Shown here in pieces: positions 1-11,485 of a stretch of 64,000 nt of DNA; the stretch's first letter is position 1, and the number at the start of each line of letters is the position of its first letter. A program made the translations under genes and the position numbers. This DNA comes from Takakia lepidozioides (taxonomy: Eukaryota; Plantae; Bryophyta). Location of the stretch: positions 48,050,001-48,114,000 of the forward strand of contig CM060733.1 in assembly GCA_030704615.1 (NCBI GenBank), given 5' to 3'. The notes under the pieces were generated by a model. That model made no database searches. It saw nothing but the letters and a program-made list of their open reading frames with translations, and was not told where the DNA came from.

Positions 1-727
1 GCTTTGCCCTTGAGCAGTCTCTGGCAACAACATTCAGGGACTGCAGTTAACTGCAGCCCAAGTATTTCGCATTTTGTCTTCTGAATTCTGGACTAAGCTG
101 GACCAAAGTATGCCCTATACTGGATGAGCTTGAGCCCCAGATGGCACTCCTCTTTTGTGTCGGCCTCCCAAGTTCCCCCTCTCGAAGGAGCACCAGTTGT
201 ATCTTTAAGTGGTGCTACTTAGTCGGGTGCATCACCCATTTGTAATCAAAGATTGTAAGCACATTGATGTCAAAGAATTTGTGAATTGAATGGATTGGGT
301 GAAGGGCCCACTGCAGTCGGAAGACTGAAACAAGGATTCCAGCTTACATTTCCTTTCATCTGAAAAAACAGTTGTTTATGTGTATTTAGCCGACATTGGT
401 CTGAGAAGACTATCCTATTGTGGAGGAAAGTAATGTGCTTCTGTCTACAGTTCGTGGTAGATGACCAAAACCTTGGCAGGTTGACTTCTGACTAGGGTTT
501 CCAACTTGCAGGTATTGGCATTTTGTGTTTTGTCTACTGAAGCAGAAATAAGCATTTGCAAACTGCCAGAACTTTGGATTCCTTTGTGATGAATGAGTTG
601 TCGTTGGGTGTTTGCAATGTTATTATCTATTTGGGGACGAAACAGAGTGGGCAGGAGGCCCAGAAGTGGCGTAGAGAGGAGATAGGTGCAGGAGAGCACA
701 GGCTAAATAGAGGGAGGTCTGTGGCAG

Positions 728-2209
728 GCGTTTGCAGGAGGTCCCATGATGCAGGCACGCAATTTTGCAGTGATGACAGGTGTCAATGCAGGCCTTACCT
801 GTGCAATGAAGCGCCTTCGTGGTGGTGTGGAAGATGCCCAAACAAGGTGCCCTTCTCTTTTTTGGCCACTGAAACCTCGCCCCTAATAATAAGGCCGTAC
901 AGACATGCAGACATAGATGTTAACAAAAAATTAGTTTATGTATGAAGAAGCTCATGGTGTCAAGGGGAGGACAACATCAGGAGTGAGTCCTTGCACTGTC
1001 TGAATTTATTGGGATGGTCAAAGTTGGAAGAATAAGATGGTAACCTCGCATGGCTATCGGTAGGCAGCTCTGGCACATGTGGTGACGTGATGTGTGGGGT
1101 GCAGCATGGTAGCAGCATTTGGTTCAGGAGCAGTGTTCTCAGCAGTGAGTGGGATGGGTAGCCCTAACTTGGTCGGCAATGCTGTCACCACCGGGGTCTT
1201 CTTTGCTCTGATTCAAGTTGGCTTATACAAGGTAAGCTGTGCTTTTACATGGCAAAGCGACAAAGCAGCTTCTACCTTCTAGGGTCTTTTTGGAAAGGTT
1301 GTTAAGGTGTTTTTCCAGTTGTCAGTGACTCTTAGGCGCCTATGTTACTGTGATTAGGACCACTGCCCATGCTACTGATGGATCCCATGGTGCAAAATGA
1401 CAGACATAAGAAATTGTTTGCTGGTGCAACTGTTGTTCAGTGTCCGGTTGCATTTGATGGGACCCATGTGAATTAATGACTTCAATGTTAATGCTTTTAG
1501 GATGATAGTGACATGTTGATGTCCCCTTAAAGATGGTGGAACTCCAATAACTATCTGGTGTCTGAGAGAACTGCTTTCCCACGATCATCTGCAGCATGGA
1601 ATATGCCAGTATTCCTGAGTGCTTTGAAAAGTACCACAAAGGGGTGAAAAAGGGTTGGGTGTGGATGGGTGGAAGCAGGTGGGGCAGACCTTCTCACAAA
1701 CTCCAGTAGAGGATAAGCTATATTCTCAAGGGAGAAGCATGCTAAAGGACCTTGGTCTTCAGAAGTATGAGAAAAACTTCAAGAAGGGCTTGCTCACTGA
1801 TCCAACTCTCCCTCTCTTGAATGATAGGTTTGTCTCTCCTCTCTTTCCAAGGTGGCAGTGTTTGGGCTTGACAGTCTTATGTCCTCTCTCTCCCATATCC
1901 CCAGGGTCTGCAATGATATTTTTAATGATACCACCAAGTGATACTTCTCTGTATCTCCACATGTTACTCAATGCCTCATGTGTTGTGAAGCTCTTGGGAT
2001 GTGCGGTGTGATTGACTTTTGGAGATTTTCAGTAATTGATACTGAGATTGTATTCCCACCAAGGCTTGCGCCAAGCTGTGAATTTGGCTTGGTGCCTATT
2101 GTGTGGAGTTGACATCCAACTAACTGCCTGGATGGTTTGGATGCAGCGCTCTTAGGGATGCACGTATTCCACCTGGGCCAAGGCTTCTGATTCTGGATCA
2201 CATAGGAAG
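728..2209 (+). CDS. HP30: Tim17/Tim22/Tim23 (PRAT) family protein with C-terminal SAM domain, HP30/TRIC-like; partial, spliced
   Basis: Four phase-compatible GT-AG exons: 728-846 (AFAGGPMMQARNFAVMTGVNAGLTCAMKRLRGGVEDAQT), 1105-1231 (SMVAAFGSGAVFS...GLYK), 1679-1827 (...LGLQKYEKNFKKGLLTDPTLPLLND), 2147-2209 (SALRDARIPPGPRLLILDHI, SAM-like). 5' exons and the last exon were not located. Confidence 0.85.
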
Positions 2210-4214
2210 GTGCGTATAGTGGAGGCCTTTCATGCTTGGAATAGATGCTCTGGCGGGGTTACAAATCCTTAAAATCAGGGAGAAATTCAGTCAATACCAT
2301 CATCCATTGTTGGTGGCACTTCCAGAAGATGAGGCTACTATCAAGAGGCTCTTTGTATGTCCAATGTCTTTGTGATGTTCAGTCTTGACCTAGTTCATGT
2401 TGATGGTGAAAACAAGTGCAGGAATTGGGAAGATATCTCAGAAAGGCATTAACATTCGCAGGCACTCGAGCAAGGTGGTGGCACTAGAATTTTGGAGGGA
2501 AAAAAGATATCAAGACCTCCTACCCGCGATGACCAAATGCATGTCATTATAGTGTAGTCTATGTGTGGCTATGGTGCCAGCAACTTGCAGGCAAAGTGGG
2601 CATTGTTTGTCTTAACAGTCTGTGTAGATAAAGGGATCAGGTATTGACAGACTTGGGCAGATGCAATTGTCATCTGTGCCATTCAATGTGTCCCCTTCTT
2701 AAAGAGATCAAAAGTTGTTTCATGCTGATTCGAGTGCAAACGATATTTCTTCCAAAGTACTTAATAATGAGGCTACTTCTTCCACTTCTGAACTTTACCT
2801 CCTACTGCAGCTTCTAGCTGGCTTGGTTGGACTTCATAGAAAGTCTCAAAACCATAATGCTCTCAAGGGATCAGTCCCAGGAATAGGTGATGGCAGTACA
2901 GTGATGACACCATCTGTTGCCAGCCTCTTCAGGGACAAGAAAAAATCCAACCAATGGCCCAATGGTTAGTAGACGGGTGCCTTACAAGGACGTGTGTCCA
3001 AAAGCCACATTGGTGTACATTGGATTTCACCCAATGTTTGTTGTAAAGACAAGCTCATTGGGTCAATGTGTGGTGAGGGCTTTGAGGTCCTTGGGGGAAG
3101 TTTGAGGTTTGGGCATTCCCTAGCCTTTTTTTCAGTGTGACGTGACAACATGACTCCACAAGTTGGAAAGGCAGTAACCCCCTTGTTTTGCACAATTCTG
3201 TTGCCAATGCCAGACTCTGTTGATGCCAGCCCAATTCTCCACTGTTGTTAGGATATTCCCTCTAGTCACCAAATTTTCACTGGTGAAAATGTATGGATTG
3301 TACAATGTCTCTCTTGAAACTTCCTCACCCAACACAGCATAACCAACCCTCTTCTTCACCTAAAGGCAGATGGCCTCACCTCCTTTTCAAGCATGTTGTC
3401 CCACCTCTGTGATTGAATGTAGGCAGTGCATGAGAAGAAGACATGGAGAATATCGTTGGAAGACCCAAGTCAACTAGCAGCCACTCTGTGTTAAGCACCA
3501 GCACTCCTTAGTAGAATACTGAGGCGAGTGGAAGATGGCACGTTTCTGGTCATAGTAGCGTAGGACGTCTCTGACAGGAGTTCTTCTCAAATTCTTCACA
3601 GAGGTTGGACAACGGGCTTGAAAAGGTTATCTGCCTGTAGAATATATAATACCTCGACTGCAGCTGTTATGATGATGGTTTGTTCACTGAATCCTATCTC
3701 CAGCTGCTGACATTACTGTCATTTTTCTCTTCGTCGGGCAAAATCAGCAAAAGCATTTCTGAACTTTGCTTTCAGTACGTTGTTTCCCTCTGATTTGAAA
3801 GATGTCTTTAGAGCATTAGCCTATGTGATGCGGTGGTTGAAGCTGTGGCTGCTCACTTATGTATCAAAGAGAAGTCCGAGATTACCAGACTTCAGAATAA
3901 GCGCATAAGGGAGGTGGGTTGGGGTGGTCTATCTGCCATGATCCAAGGTCGAACAGCATCTGGTGGTAGTTCTGATGTTGATGCACACAATGGAGCTCAT
4001 GGCCGAGAATGCCACAGGGATGACTTTGATGATGATTGAAGAGTTCCAACTCAACAAATGGTATGGTTTATTCTCGAGTAGATGACTGGAGTGGTTCTGC
4101 TTCACTGTTGATACTTAGCAAGGAGCCTGTTCTCATGAAGGGAGACTTCTTTGACGTATTCACAAGCCGTGAGATTTAATGTGGGTTTAAGTTGAATGCT
4201 CTGTAACTAAAAGT

Positions 4215-6539
4215 TTGGCGTTATGCAGCAAGGCAGGGCTGAACCGGGCGCACTTGTTAGTCGGACATCAGACTGGCACTTATGGGGTGGTTAGGACAGT
4301 ATGTAAGGCTGGACGATTGAAAGAGGTGCCTGTTGTGAACCAACAGGGCATTCATGACGACTTCAATACTTATGTCTGCATCTTGCAGGAATGCATCAAA
4401 ATGAAAGACCTTGCAGAGGGAAAGCGGGTGCACAGATGCATTATCCAAAGTGGATTCAAACCGAATACTTTTCTACTGAATGCCCTTGTCAACATGTATG
4501 CCAAGTGTGGGAGCATGGTGGATGCCCGCCAAGTGTTTGACAAAATGCCAGAACGTGATACTTTTTCATGGAATATGATCATAGCAGGATATGCCAAGCA
4601 TGGATGTGGTGAGGAGGCCTTCAAGATCTTCAAACAAATGCAACGGGAAGCGGTGACGCCCAACAGAGTTACGTTCATTTGCATTCTCAAGGCGTGTGCG
4701 AGCCTAGGATCCCTAGAAAAGGGCAAAGAAGTTCATGCAGACATCGTCAAAGCTGGTGTTTCTCAAGATATCAATATGGAGACTACCCTTGTCGACATGT
4801 TTGCCAAGTGTGGGAGCGTAAAGGATGCACGCCAAGTGTTCGACAATATGGGTGAACGTAATGTGGTCTCATGGAGCGCTATGATTGGAGGATATGCTCA
4901 GCATGGGTGTGGTTGGGAAGCTTTGGAGATCTATGAGCAAATGATACAGAAGGGGGTGCTACCCGACAAGGTCACATTCATTTGTGTTCTCAATGCATGT
5001 ACCAGCCTAGGATCCCTGGAAAACGGCAAAGAGGTCCATGCTCACATTATTGAAGCTGGAATTGGAACAGATATCATCCTGGAGACTGCCCTTGCTGACA
5101 TGTATGCCAAATGTGGAAGCCTTAAAGTTGCACGCCAAGTGTTTGACAATATGTCCAAACGAAATGTGGTCTCATGGAATGCGATGATTGCTGGGTATAC
5201 TCAGCATGGGTGTGGTAGGGAGGCTTTGGAGATCTATGAGCAAATGATACAGGAAGGGATGAGGCCCAACAGGGTCACATTCCTTAGTGTTCTCAATGCG
5301 TGTGCCAGCCTAGGAGCCCTGGAAAAGGGCCAAGACGTCCACGCTGACATTAGTAAATGTGGAATCACACCAGATCTTACTCTGGAGAACACCCTTGTTG
5401 ACATGTATGCCAAATGTGGAAGCATAAAGGGTGCACGTCAAGTGTTCGACAATATGGCTCAACAAGATGTGGTGTCATGGAGTGCAATGATAGCAGGATA
5501 TGCTCAACATGGATGCGGTACAGAGGCTTTGGACATGTATGCACAAATGAGACGGGCAAGGGTGATGCCCACTAAGGTCACATTCATTTGTGCTCTCAAT
5601 GCGTGTGCAAGCCTTGGAGATCTTGAAAAGGGCATGGAGGTCCAAGCTCACATTGTCAGAGATGGAATTGCACCAGATATTGTCCTGGAGAATACCCTTG
5701 TGGACATGTTTGCCAAATGTGGGAGTGTAAAGGATGCCCGTGAAGTGTTTGACAATATGGCTCAAAGAGATGTGGTTTCTTGGAGCACAATGATTGCAGG
5801 GTATGCCCAGCATGGGTGTGGTAGGGAGGCCTTTGAGATGTATGAGCAAATGGTGCGGGAAGGGGTTACCCCCAACAAGGTCACGTTTATCTGTGTTCTC
5901 AATGCTTGTGCCAGCCTGCCAGCACTGGGTAAGGGCAAACAGGTCCATACTGACATCATCAAAGCTGGAATAGAGTCATATATCAATTTGGAGAACTCCC
6001 TTGTTAACATGTATGCCAAATGCGGGAGCTTGAAGGATGCACATGAGATTTTTGCAAACATGGCTAGACGAGACGTGGTCTCATGGAATGCGATGATTGC
6101 AGGGTTTGCTCAGCATGGATGTGGTAGGGAGGCCATCCAAATATTTGAACAAATGCAACAGGAAGGCTTGAAGCCAGACGATATCACCTACATGGGTGTT
6201 CTCTCTGCTTGTAGCCATGTCGGCCTAGTGGATGAAGGCCGTTACTTCTTTGATTCCATGAGTCAAGATCATGGCCTCACTCCTACAATGGAGCACTTTG
6301 GCTGCATGGTGGATCTTCTCAGTCGTGGAGGGCAACTGGAGGAGGTAAATAACTTCATTAACCAAATGCCCATTGAACCTGATGCTTTGGTGTGGGCAAC
6401 CTTGCTTGGTGCCTGCAGGATTCATGGTGACATGGAGCTAGCAGAACATGCTGCAAAATGTCTTCTCAAGTGTGATCCACAGCATGCCCTAAGGGATGGG
6501 CTGCTATCGAACACCTATGCAGTGGCTGGTGGTGGTTAG
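4215..6539 (+). CDS. PLS-class pentatricopeptide repeat protein with E domain (organellar RNA-editing factor type), truncated before DYW
   Basis: Six ~101-aa P-L-S triplets (M[YF]AKCGS..DA..VFD.M..R[ND]VVSW..MI.GY.QHG.G.EA), then L2/S2/E motifs (VLSACSHVGLVDEG, MVDLLSRGG, WATLLGACRIHG). Start uncertain: 4215 is TTG and the first in-frame ATG is at 4401. Confidence 0.92.
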   Translation: MALCSKAGLNRAHLLVGHQTGTYGVVRTVCKAGRLKEVPVVNQQGIHDDFNTYVCILQECIKMKDLAEGKRVHRCIIQSGFKPNTFLLNALVNMYAKCGSMVDARQVFDKMPERDTFSWNMIIAGYAKHGCGEEAFKIFKQMQREAVTPNRVTFICILKACASLGSLEKGKEVHADIVKAGVSQDINMETTLVDMFAKCGSVKDARQVFDNMGERNVVSWSAMIGGYAQHGCGWEALEIYEQMIQKGVLPDKVTFICVLNACTSLGSLENGKEVHAHIIEAGIGTDIILETALADMYAKCGSLKVARQVFDNMSKRNVVSWNAMIAGYTQHGCGREALEIYEQMIQEGMRPNRVTFLSVLNACASLGALEKGQDVHADISKCGITPDLTLENTLVDMYAKCGSIKGARQVFDNMAQQDVVSWSAMIAGYAQHGCGTEALDMYAQMRRARVMPTKVTFICALNACASLGDLEKGMEVQAHIVRDGIAPDIVLENTLVDMFAKCGSVKDAREVFDNMAQRDVVSWSTMIAGYAQHGCGREAFEMYEQMVREGVTPNKVTFICVLNACASLPALGKGKQVHTDIIKAGIESYINLENSLVNMYAKCGSLKDAHEIFANMARRDVVSWNAMIAGFAQHGCGREAIQIFEQMQQEGLKPDDITYMGVLSACSHVGLVDEGRYFFDSMSQDHGLTPTMEHFGCMVDLLSRGGQLEEVNNFINQMPIEPDALVWATLLGACRIHGDMELAEHAAKCLLKCDPQHALRDGLLSNTYAVAGGG

Positions 6540-6739
6540 GAAAAGGACGGAAGACGTAAGTGCCTGAAAGGAGCCAGGGGATTCATGGTGACATGGAGCT
6601 AGCAGAACATGCTGCAAAATGTCTTCTCAAGTGTGATCCACAGCATGCCCTAAGGTATGGGCTGCTATCGAACACCTTTGCAGTGGCTGGTGGTGGTTAG
6701 GAAAAGGACGGAAGACGTAAGTGCCTGAAAGGAGCCAGG
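6418..6739 (+). repeat. 161-bp tandem duplication of the PPR E-domain end
   Basis: 6418-6578 and 6579-6739 are near-identical (ggattcatggtgacatggagc...gaaaggagccagg). Confidence 0.9.
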
Positions 6740-7090
6740 GCAAGGCTGCATGGAGGTCGACTAAGATGCAAACTACACGCACAAATCAAGGAAATGCATG
6801 CTGAGCTGGAGATGTTGATAGGGACGATGAAGGAGGCCGGAAAAGTGCCTGACACACACTTCGTCTTGCATAATGTTGAGGAGCAACAGGAATTTTCTCT
6901 TTGCCACCACAGCAAGAAGTTAGGCATTGCTTCAGGGTTTGCACACCCCTTGGATGCCTATCTACAGCAGCAAAAACGTTCAGGCATGCGGAAACTTGCC
7001 ACAACCAAGTTGTTCACCTTGAAGGTTGTTGGGCAAGCAATTGTTTTGATGTGGTTTGTTCTTTTGCAACTTCTGAAGCAAGCTCCATGA
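6725..7090 (+). pseudogene. Degenerate E+/DYW deaminase domain remnant downstream of the PPR stop
   Basis: KEPGQGCMEV (PG box), MKEAGKVPDTHFVLHNVEE, LCHHSKKLGIA (HSEKLA with the catalytic Glu lost) and frameshifted FRHAETCH (cf. LRxCxDCH). Confidence 0.8.
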
Positions 7091-7974
7091 AATTCATGCA
7101 ATTGCACAGGGAATGCAGAAAGGTTTCAATCTCCGTTGTTGAAAACCGTTGTCCACAGATTTCAGGAGCAGCAGTATTGAAAATCTTGAAGCCATGCTGT
7201 TGTGAAATTTTGCACCCAAATGGGTCGAGGAAGGAAGGCAATCTCCAGGTTGATGACTACTCAATTATTCCCGTGGTGGTTATATATAACCACCCAGATT
7301 TTGTCTCAGGTGTATTAGACATACTTGCATGAACCACCCAATCCCAAGAAGAGCAAACTTGCTGCAGAGTTTCATTACAACACATTCACCCCTGAACTGG
7401 GTTCAGAGCAAACTATACTTTCCACAATCTGAAATTTATCCATGCAGTTTCCCATGTTCATACAAGTAATGACAGCTTTGTTTCTATTATTTTTCTGGTG
7501 CTGCTCTTCCCTCTATCTACATGTTTACTTTCCCACACCTGTGTCTTATCTCCTTCTCACTCTTAACTCTAATGAGAGATGCAAAGTTCACAACAGCAAA
7601 GAAGTTACTCCACTGTTGTGCTGGTGGGAAACTGTAGGAATTGAAGTTACTCATTCCAGAGGCCAGGTCTGGAGTCTGGACGATTGGTTTCTATCACAAC
7701 TAGAGAGACACCAGAGATCAAAACCGGATCTGTGAGGTCTGCTTTTTATTCTAATGTCAACCTGGAAGAAGCTTGCTGTGCAGAGTCTCAGATTATACAA
7801 GCAAAATCTGCAAGATCTCTGTTTCAAGCTGAGAACCTAGCTACCTACAGACAAAAGTGAAGAACCTTCAGTCAGAGTACACAAATACTCTTGCATCTGG
7901 TTACCAAAACATATGCTCACAAAACACATCACGATTGCTTCACAAGTCTAGAGGACTATTATCCATACTCGCAA

Positions 7975-10900
7975 TCATAGTTTCCCATGGTAGGTGAAGT
8001 GGCTCTTAGTTACGCCAGCTTTGGCTGGAGTCTTCTCTCTCTCTCTCTTTCCCATGGTAGGTCGCAGTATGAAATGGCGTGCCGGAGCCCAGGCAATCGC
8101 CGTTATTGCTACAGAGACAAACCCAATTGTCATGCCCAAGAGAAAGCCAGGAATTGATATAAACTCTCCAAAATCTATGGTTTTGTCGGTGTCAATAGCT
8201 GGCCCTGGTGGGGTCGAGGTACTAATTCCTTGTGAGGGGCACTCTCTGGAGAGAGGAAACCCACATAAAGCGGGATTGTCGAGAAATGATGAGTTTAGGT
8301 ATTTTGAGCTGAAGAGACCTGTTGGAATCTGCCCAGAGAGGTTGTTATCAGACAGATTAAGAAAGCCCAAGGCACTCAAGCCTGCCAGGTTGTCTGGAAT
8401 TGTACCGCTCAGTAGATTATAGGAGAGGTCCAATGACTCCAGTGCCCTGATGTTGGACATGCTCCCTGGGATGGGGCCTGTGAAAGAATTGTGGGACAAA
8501 TTCAGGTAGAGGAGCTCCTCCAGTTGTCCAATCTCTATTGGAATCACGCCACTGAGTGCATTTACCGAGACGTCAACCGAAGTTGTGGTCAGTAAGATAT
8601 ACTCCAGTATCAATGTGTTGCCCTTGACTGTGATTTGCAGATCGTCGGCAAAAAGAGTGAAAGGACCAAGACTTCCATTGAATCGATTGAGTCCCGTTGA
8701 TGCATTCGCCTTAACATTGAAGCCCAGCAACTGACTTAATCTTTGTGGGAGCCCACCTGTGAAGTAGTTGTGTGAGAGATCCAACACCTGCAATTGAGTG
8801 AGATTCCAAACCCAATCTGGAATTGGGCCACTAAGTGTGTTGTGTCTAAAACTGAGCACCCGTAGTTCCTTAAAATCACTACCCTGAAAAACTGGGATAC
8901 TCCCATTGAATTGGTTTTCACTGAAATCAACTATCACAAGATGAGTACATTTAGCCAAGGAAATTGGAACCTGTCCTGTAAATTGATTGTAGTTAACTGA
9001 CAAAGTCTGAAGGGAGTTGCTAAACTTTGCCAAATCTAATGAGAACTGTCCTGTAATTAAGTTGTTACCAAGTTTTAGTTTCTGTAGAATCGAACACTTC
9101 TCAAGTTCGATGGGTATGTTCCCACTGAGCTGATTGGATTCCAACATTAGTTCTACAAGAGAGGAACAATTTCCTAAACTAGCAGGAATGGTGCCTGTGA
9201 TCCTGTTGCTTTGAAGGTAAAGTTTTGTTAGGTTTTGCAACTGCCCCAACTCCATCGGTATATTCCCAGATAGCTTGTTGTTATTCAAGTCCAACTCCAC
9301 CAAAGATGAGCAATTTCCCAAACTAGCAGGAATGATGCCTGTAAGCCTATTGTTCAATAGGTACAGTATTGTTAGGTTTTGCAGCCGCCCTAGCTCCACT
9401 GGTATGTTCCCACTCAGCTGGTTGTTGTTCAACGATAGCACCACCAAAGATGAGCAATCTCCCAAACTAGCTGGAATGGTGCCTGTGAGTCTGTTTTTGT
9501 AAAAGTTAAGAAGTGTTAGCTTTTGTAACCTCCCTAGCTCCATCGGTATGTTTCCTGTGAGCTGATTGGAGTCCAAGTCCAGCTGCACCAAAGATGAGCA
9601 ATTTCCCAAACTAGCTGGAATTGTGCCATTGAGGCTGTTGTTCCACAGGTGAAGAATGTTTAGGTTTTGCAACCTCCCTAGCTCCATCGGTATGTTTCCA
9701 GTGAGCTGACTGGAGGACAGTTCCAAACCCGTCAAAAGTGAGCAGTCTCCCAAACTAGCAGGAATGGTACCTGTGAGGCTGTTGTTCCATAAGAAAAGGA
9801 GTGTTAGGTTTTGCAACCTCCCTAGTTCCATCGGTATGTTCCCAGTCAGCTGATTGGAGTCCAAGTCCAGCTCCCTCAAAGATGAGCAGTTTCCCAACTC
9901 AGCTGGAATGGTGCCTGTGAGTTTGTTTTTCCATAGGTCAAGGAACGTTAGGTTTTGCAACCTCCCTAGTACCTTCGGTATGTTCCCACTGAGTTGATTG
10001 GAGTCCAAGTCCAGATCCACCAGAGATGAGCAGTTTCCCAAACTAGCTGGAATGGTGCCTGTGAGGTGGTTTGTCCATAGGTCAAGGGCCATTAGGTTGT
10101 GCAGCCTCCCTAGCTCCATGGGTATGTTCCCACTCAACTGATTGTCGAACAACACCACGTCCACCAAAGATGAGCAGTTTCCCAAACTAGCAGGAATGGT
10201 GCCTATGAGCGTGTTGTTCCAAAGGAAAAGGGTTGTTAGATTTTGCAAAGTCCCTAGCTCCATAGGTATGTTCCCACTGAGTTGATTGGAGTCCAAGTCG
10301 AGCTCCACCAAATATGAGCAATCTCCCAAACTAGCAGGAATGACGCCTGTGAGGTTGTTGCATGGCAGGTAACAATCTCAGCTCTAAGGTATAGAAATGA
10401 GATGATTATTTATAGCGTCAGCAGCGGAACGCTTGCAGAGCTAATGAGAGACAAGAGAAAACACGTGAAGCAAGAAACAGAGAGCCTCCACAAGCAACTC
10501 ACAAACATCTATTGCTCAAGGGTTTGCCCAAGAGTCAAATCCTGGTGCAAATATGCATCTTTTATCCTCGTACTGGATGAGAATAGATCATCGAGTAAGA
10601 AACAACTCAAGTTTGTAGGGACAAAACCTGTGAGAGCATTGGAGGACAAGTTGAGAATTTGCAAGAAAGAGAGATTGCCAAGCAATGGACTGATGGTGCC
10701 TTGGAGCTCCATGCCTCCAAGATTCAGCCCTACCACGTGTGCGCGTGCTTCATCACAGGTGACGCCGTTCCATGAGTGACAAATGTCTCTTTCTGTCGCT
10801 GCGCTCCAGTTCGTTAGTATTCCTTTTGGATCCTCAAGTATGTCATTCTTGAATGCCAACAACACCTCCAAGTCCACAATTCGACCGCTCTCGCCTATGT

Positions 10901-11057
10901 CGAGATCATCAGCCATTTTTGACTTCACGTGCTCCTGCAAGGCTGGAGACTTAGGCGATGGTGGTGTTGCCCCACACAACACACCTGCCATCAGTACGCC
11001 TAGTACTAGCGCTGTGCCCAAAACCTCGTGTAAGCTCGCACGAGTCATCACAGCCAT
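7975..11057 (-). CDS. LRR receptor-like protein (signal peptide, LRRNT, many plant extracellular LRRs, island, TM, short tail, no kinase); interrupted near 10375-10600
   Basis: N-terminal part from ATG 11057: hydrophobic signal, LLAFK...W...C.WNGVTC cap, first LRRs. ORF 7975-10329: LxxLxLxxNxLxGxIP repeats, FLDNPALCG cap, TM FLLGMTIGFV, basic tail. The join between the two parts (intron or lesion) is unresolved. Confidence 0.85.
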
Positions 11058-11289
11058 GCTTGTGCACACAGGCAGGCTTATTACACCCTCGCCTTGGCAC
11101 TGCAGCAGCACAGTAAAAGCAAGCGAGTAGGGAGGTGGTGCAGGCGAGCACAAGGAACGGTAGCAGCGAGCGTGGCCCGCATACTTTTGATTTTGCTTTT
11201 ATACACCCACCCTCACCAACCACCCGGTACATCTGCAGAGGACTATCCCATGCCCGGAGATACCCGCCGGGCATCAATATGAGCCATAC

Positions 11290-11485
11290 TTAGATATACA
11301 TATTTGTGTATACCTACACGCCTCCCCAAGGAACTTTAATAAAGCTGTCTCCTAACCCAAAGGGCTACTGCCTGCGGCCCTGCTGGCAGGAGGGTGGACA
11401 CCTGTGTGACACCAATCGGTGGGTTGAACCCACAACCACTTCCTAGGTGGTATGTGCCAATTTCCACTGGGCTACAGCCAGAGCG
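11290..11485 (-). mobile_element. Putative tRNA-derived SINE
   Basis: Minus strand has A-box-like GTAGCCCAGTGG (~11464-11475) and B-box-like GGTTCAACCC (11421-11430) at tRNA spacing, then an unrelated body and an AT-rich tail. No full cloverleaf; TSD not found. Confidence 0.5.

Noticed and set aside
4257-10779. Numerous short ORFs antisense to the PPR and LRR genes
   Set aside because: Shadow frames of repetitive coding sequence.
11400-11485. Functional tRNA gene
   Set aside because: A and B boxes are present, but no convincing acceptor stem or cloverleaf.
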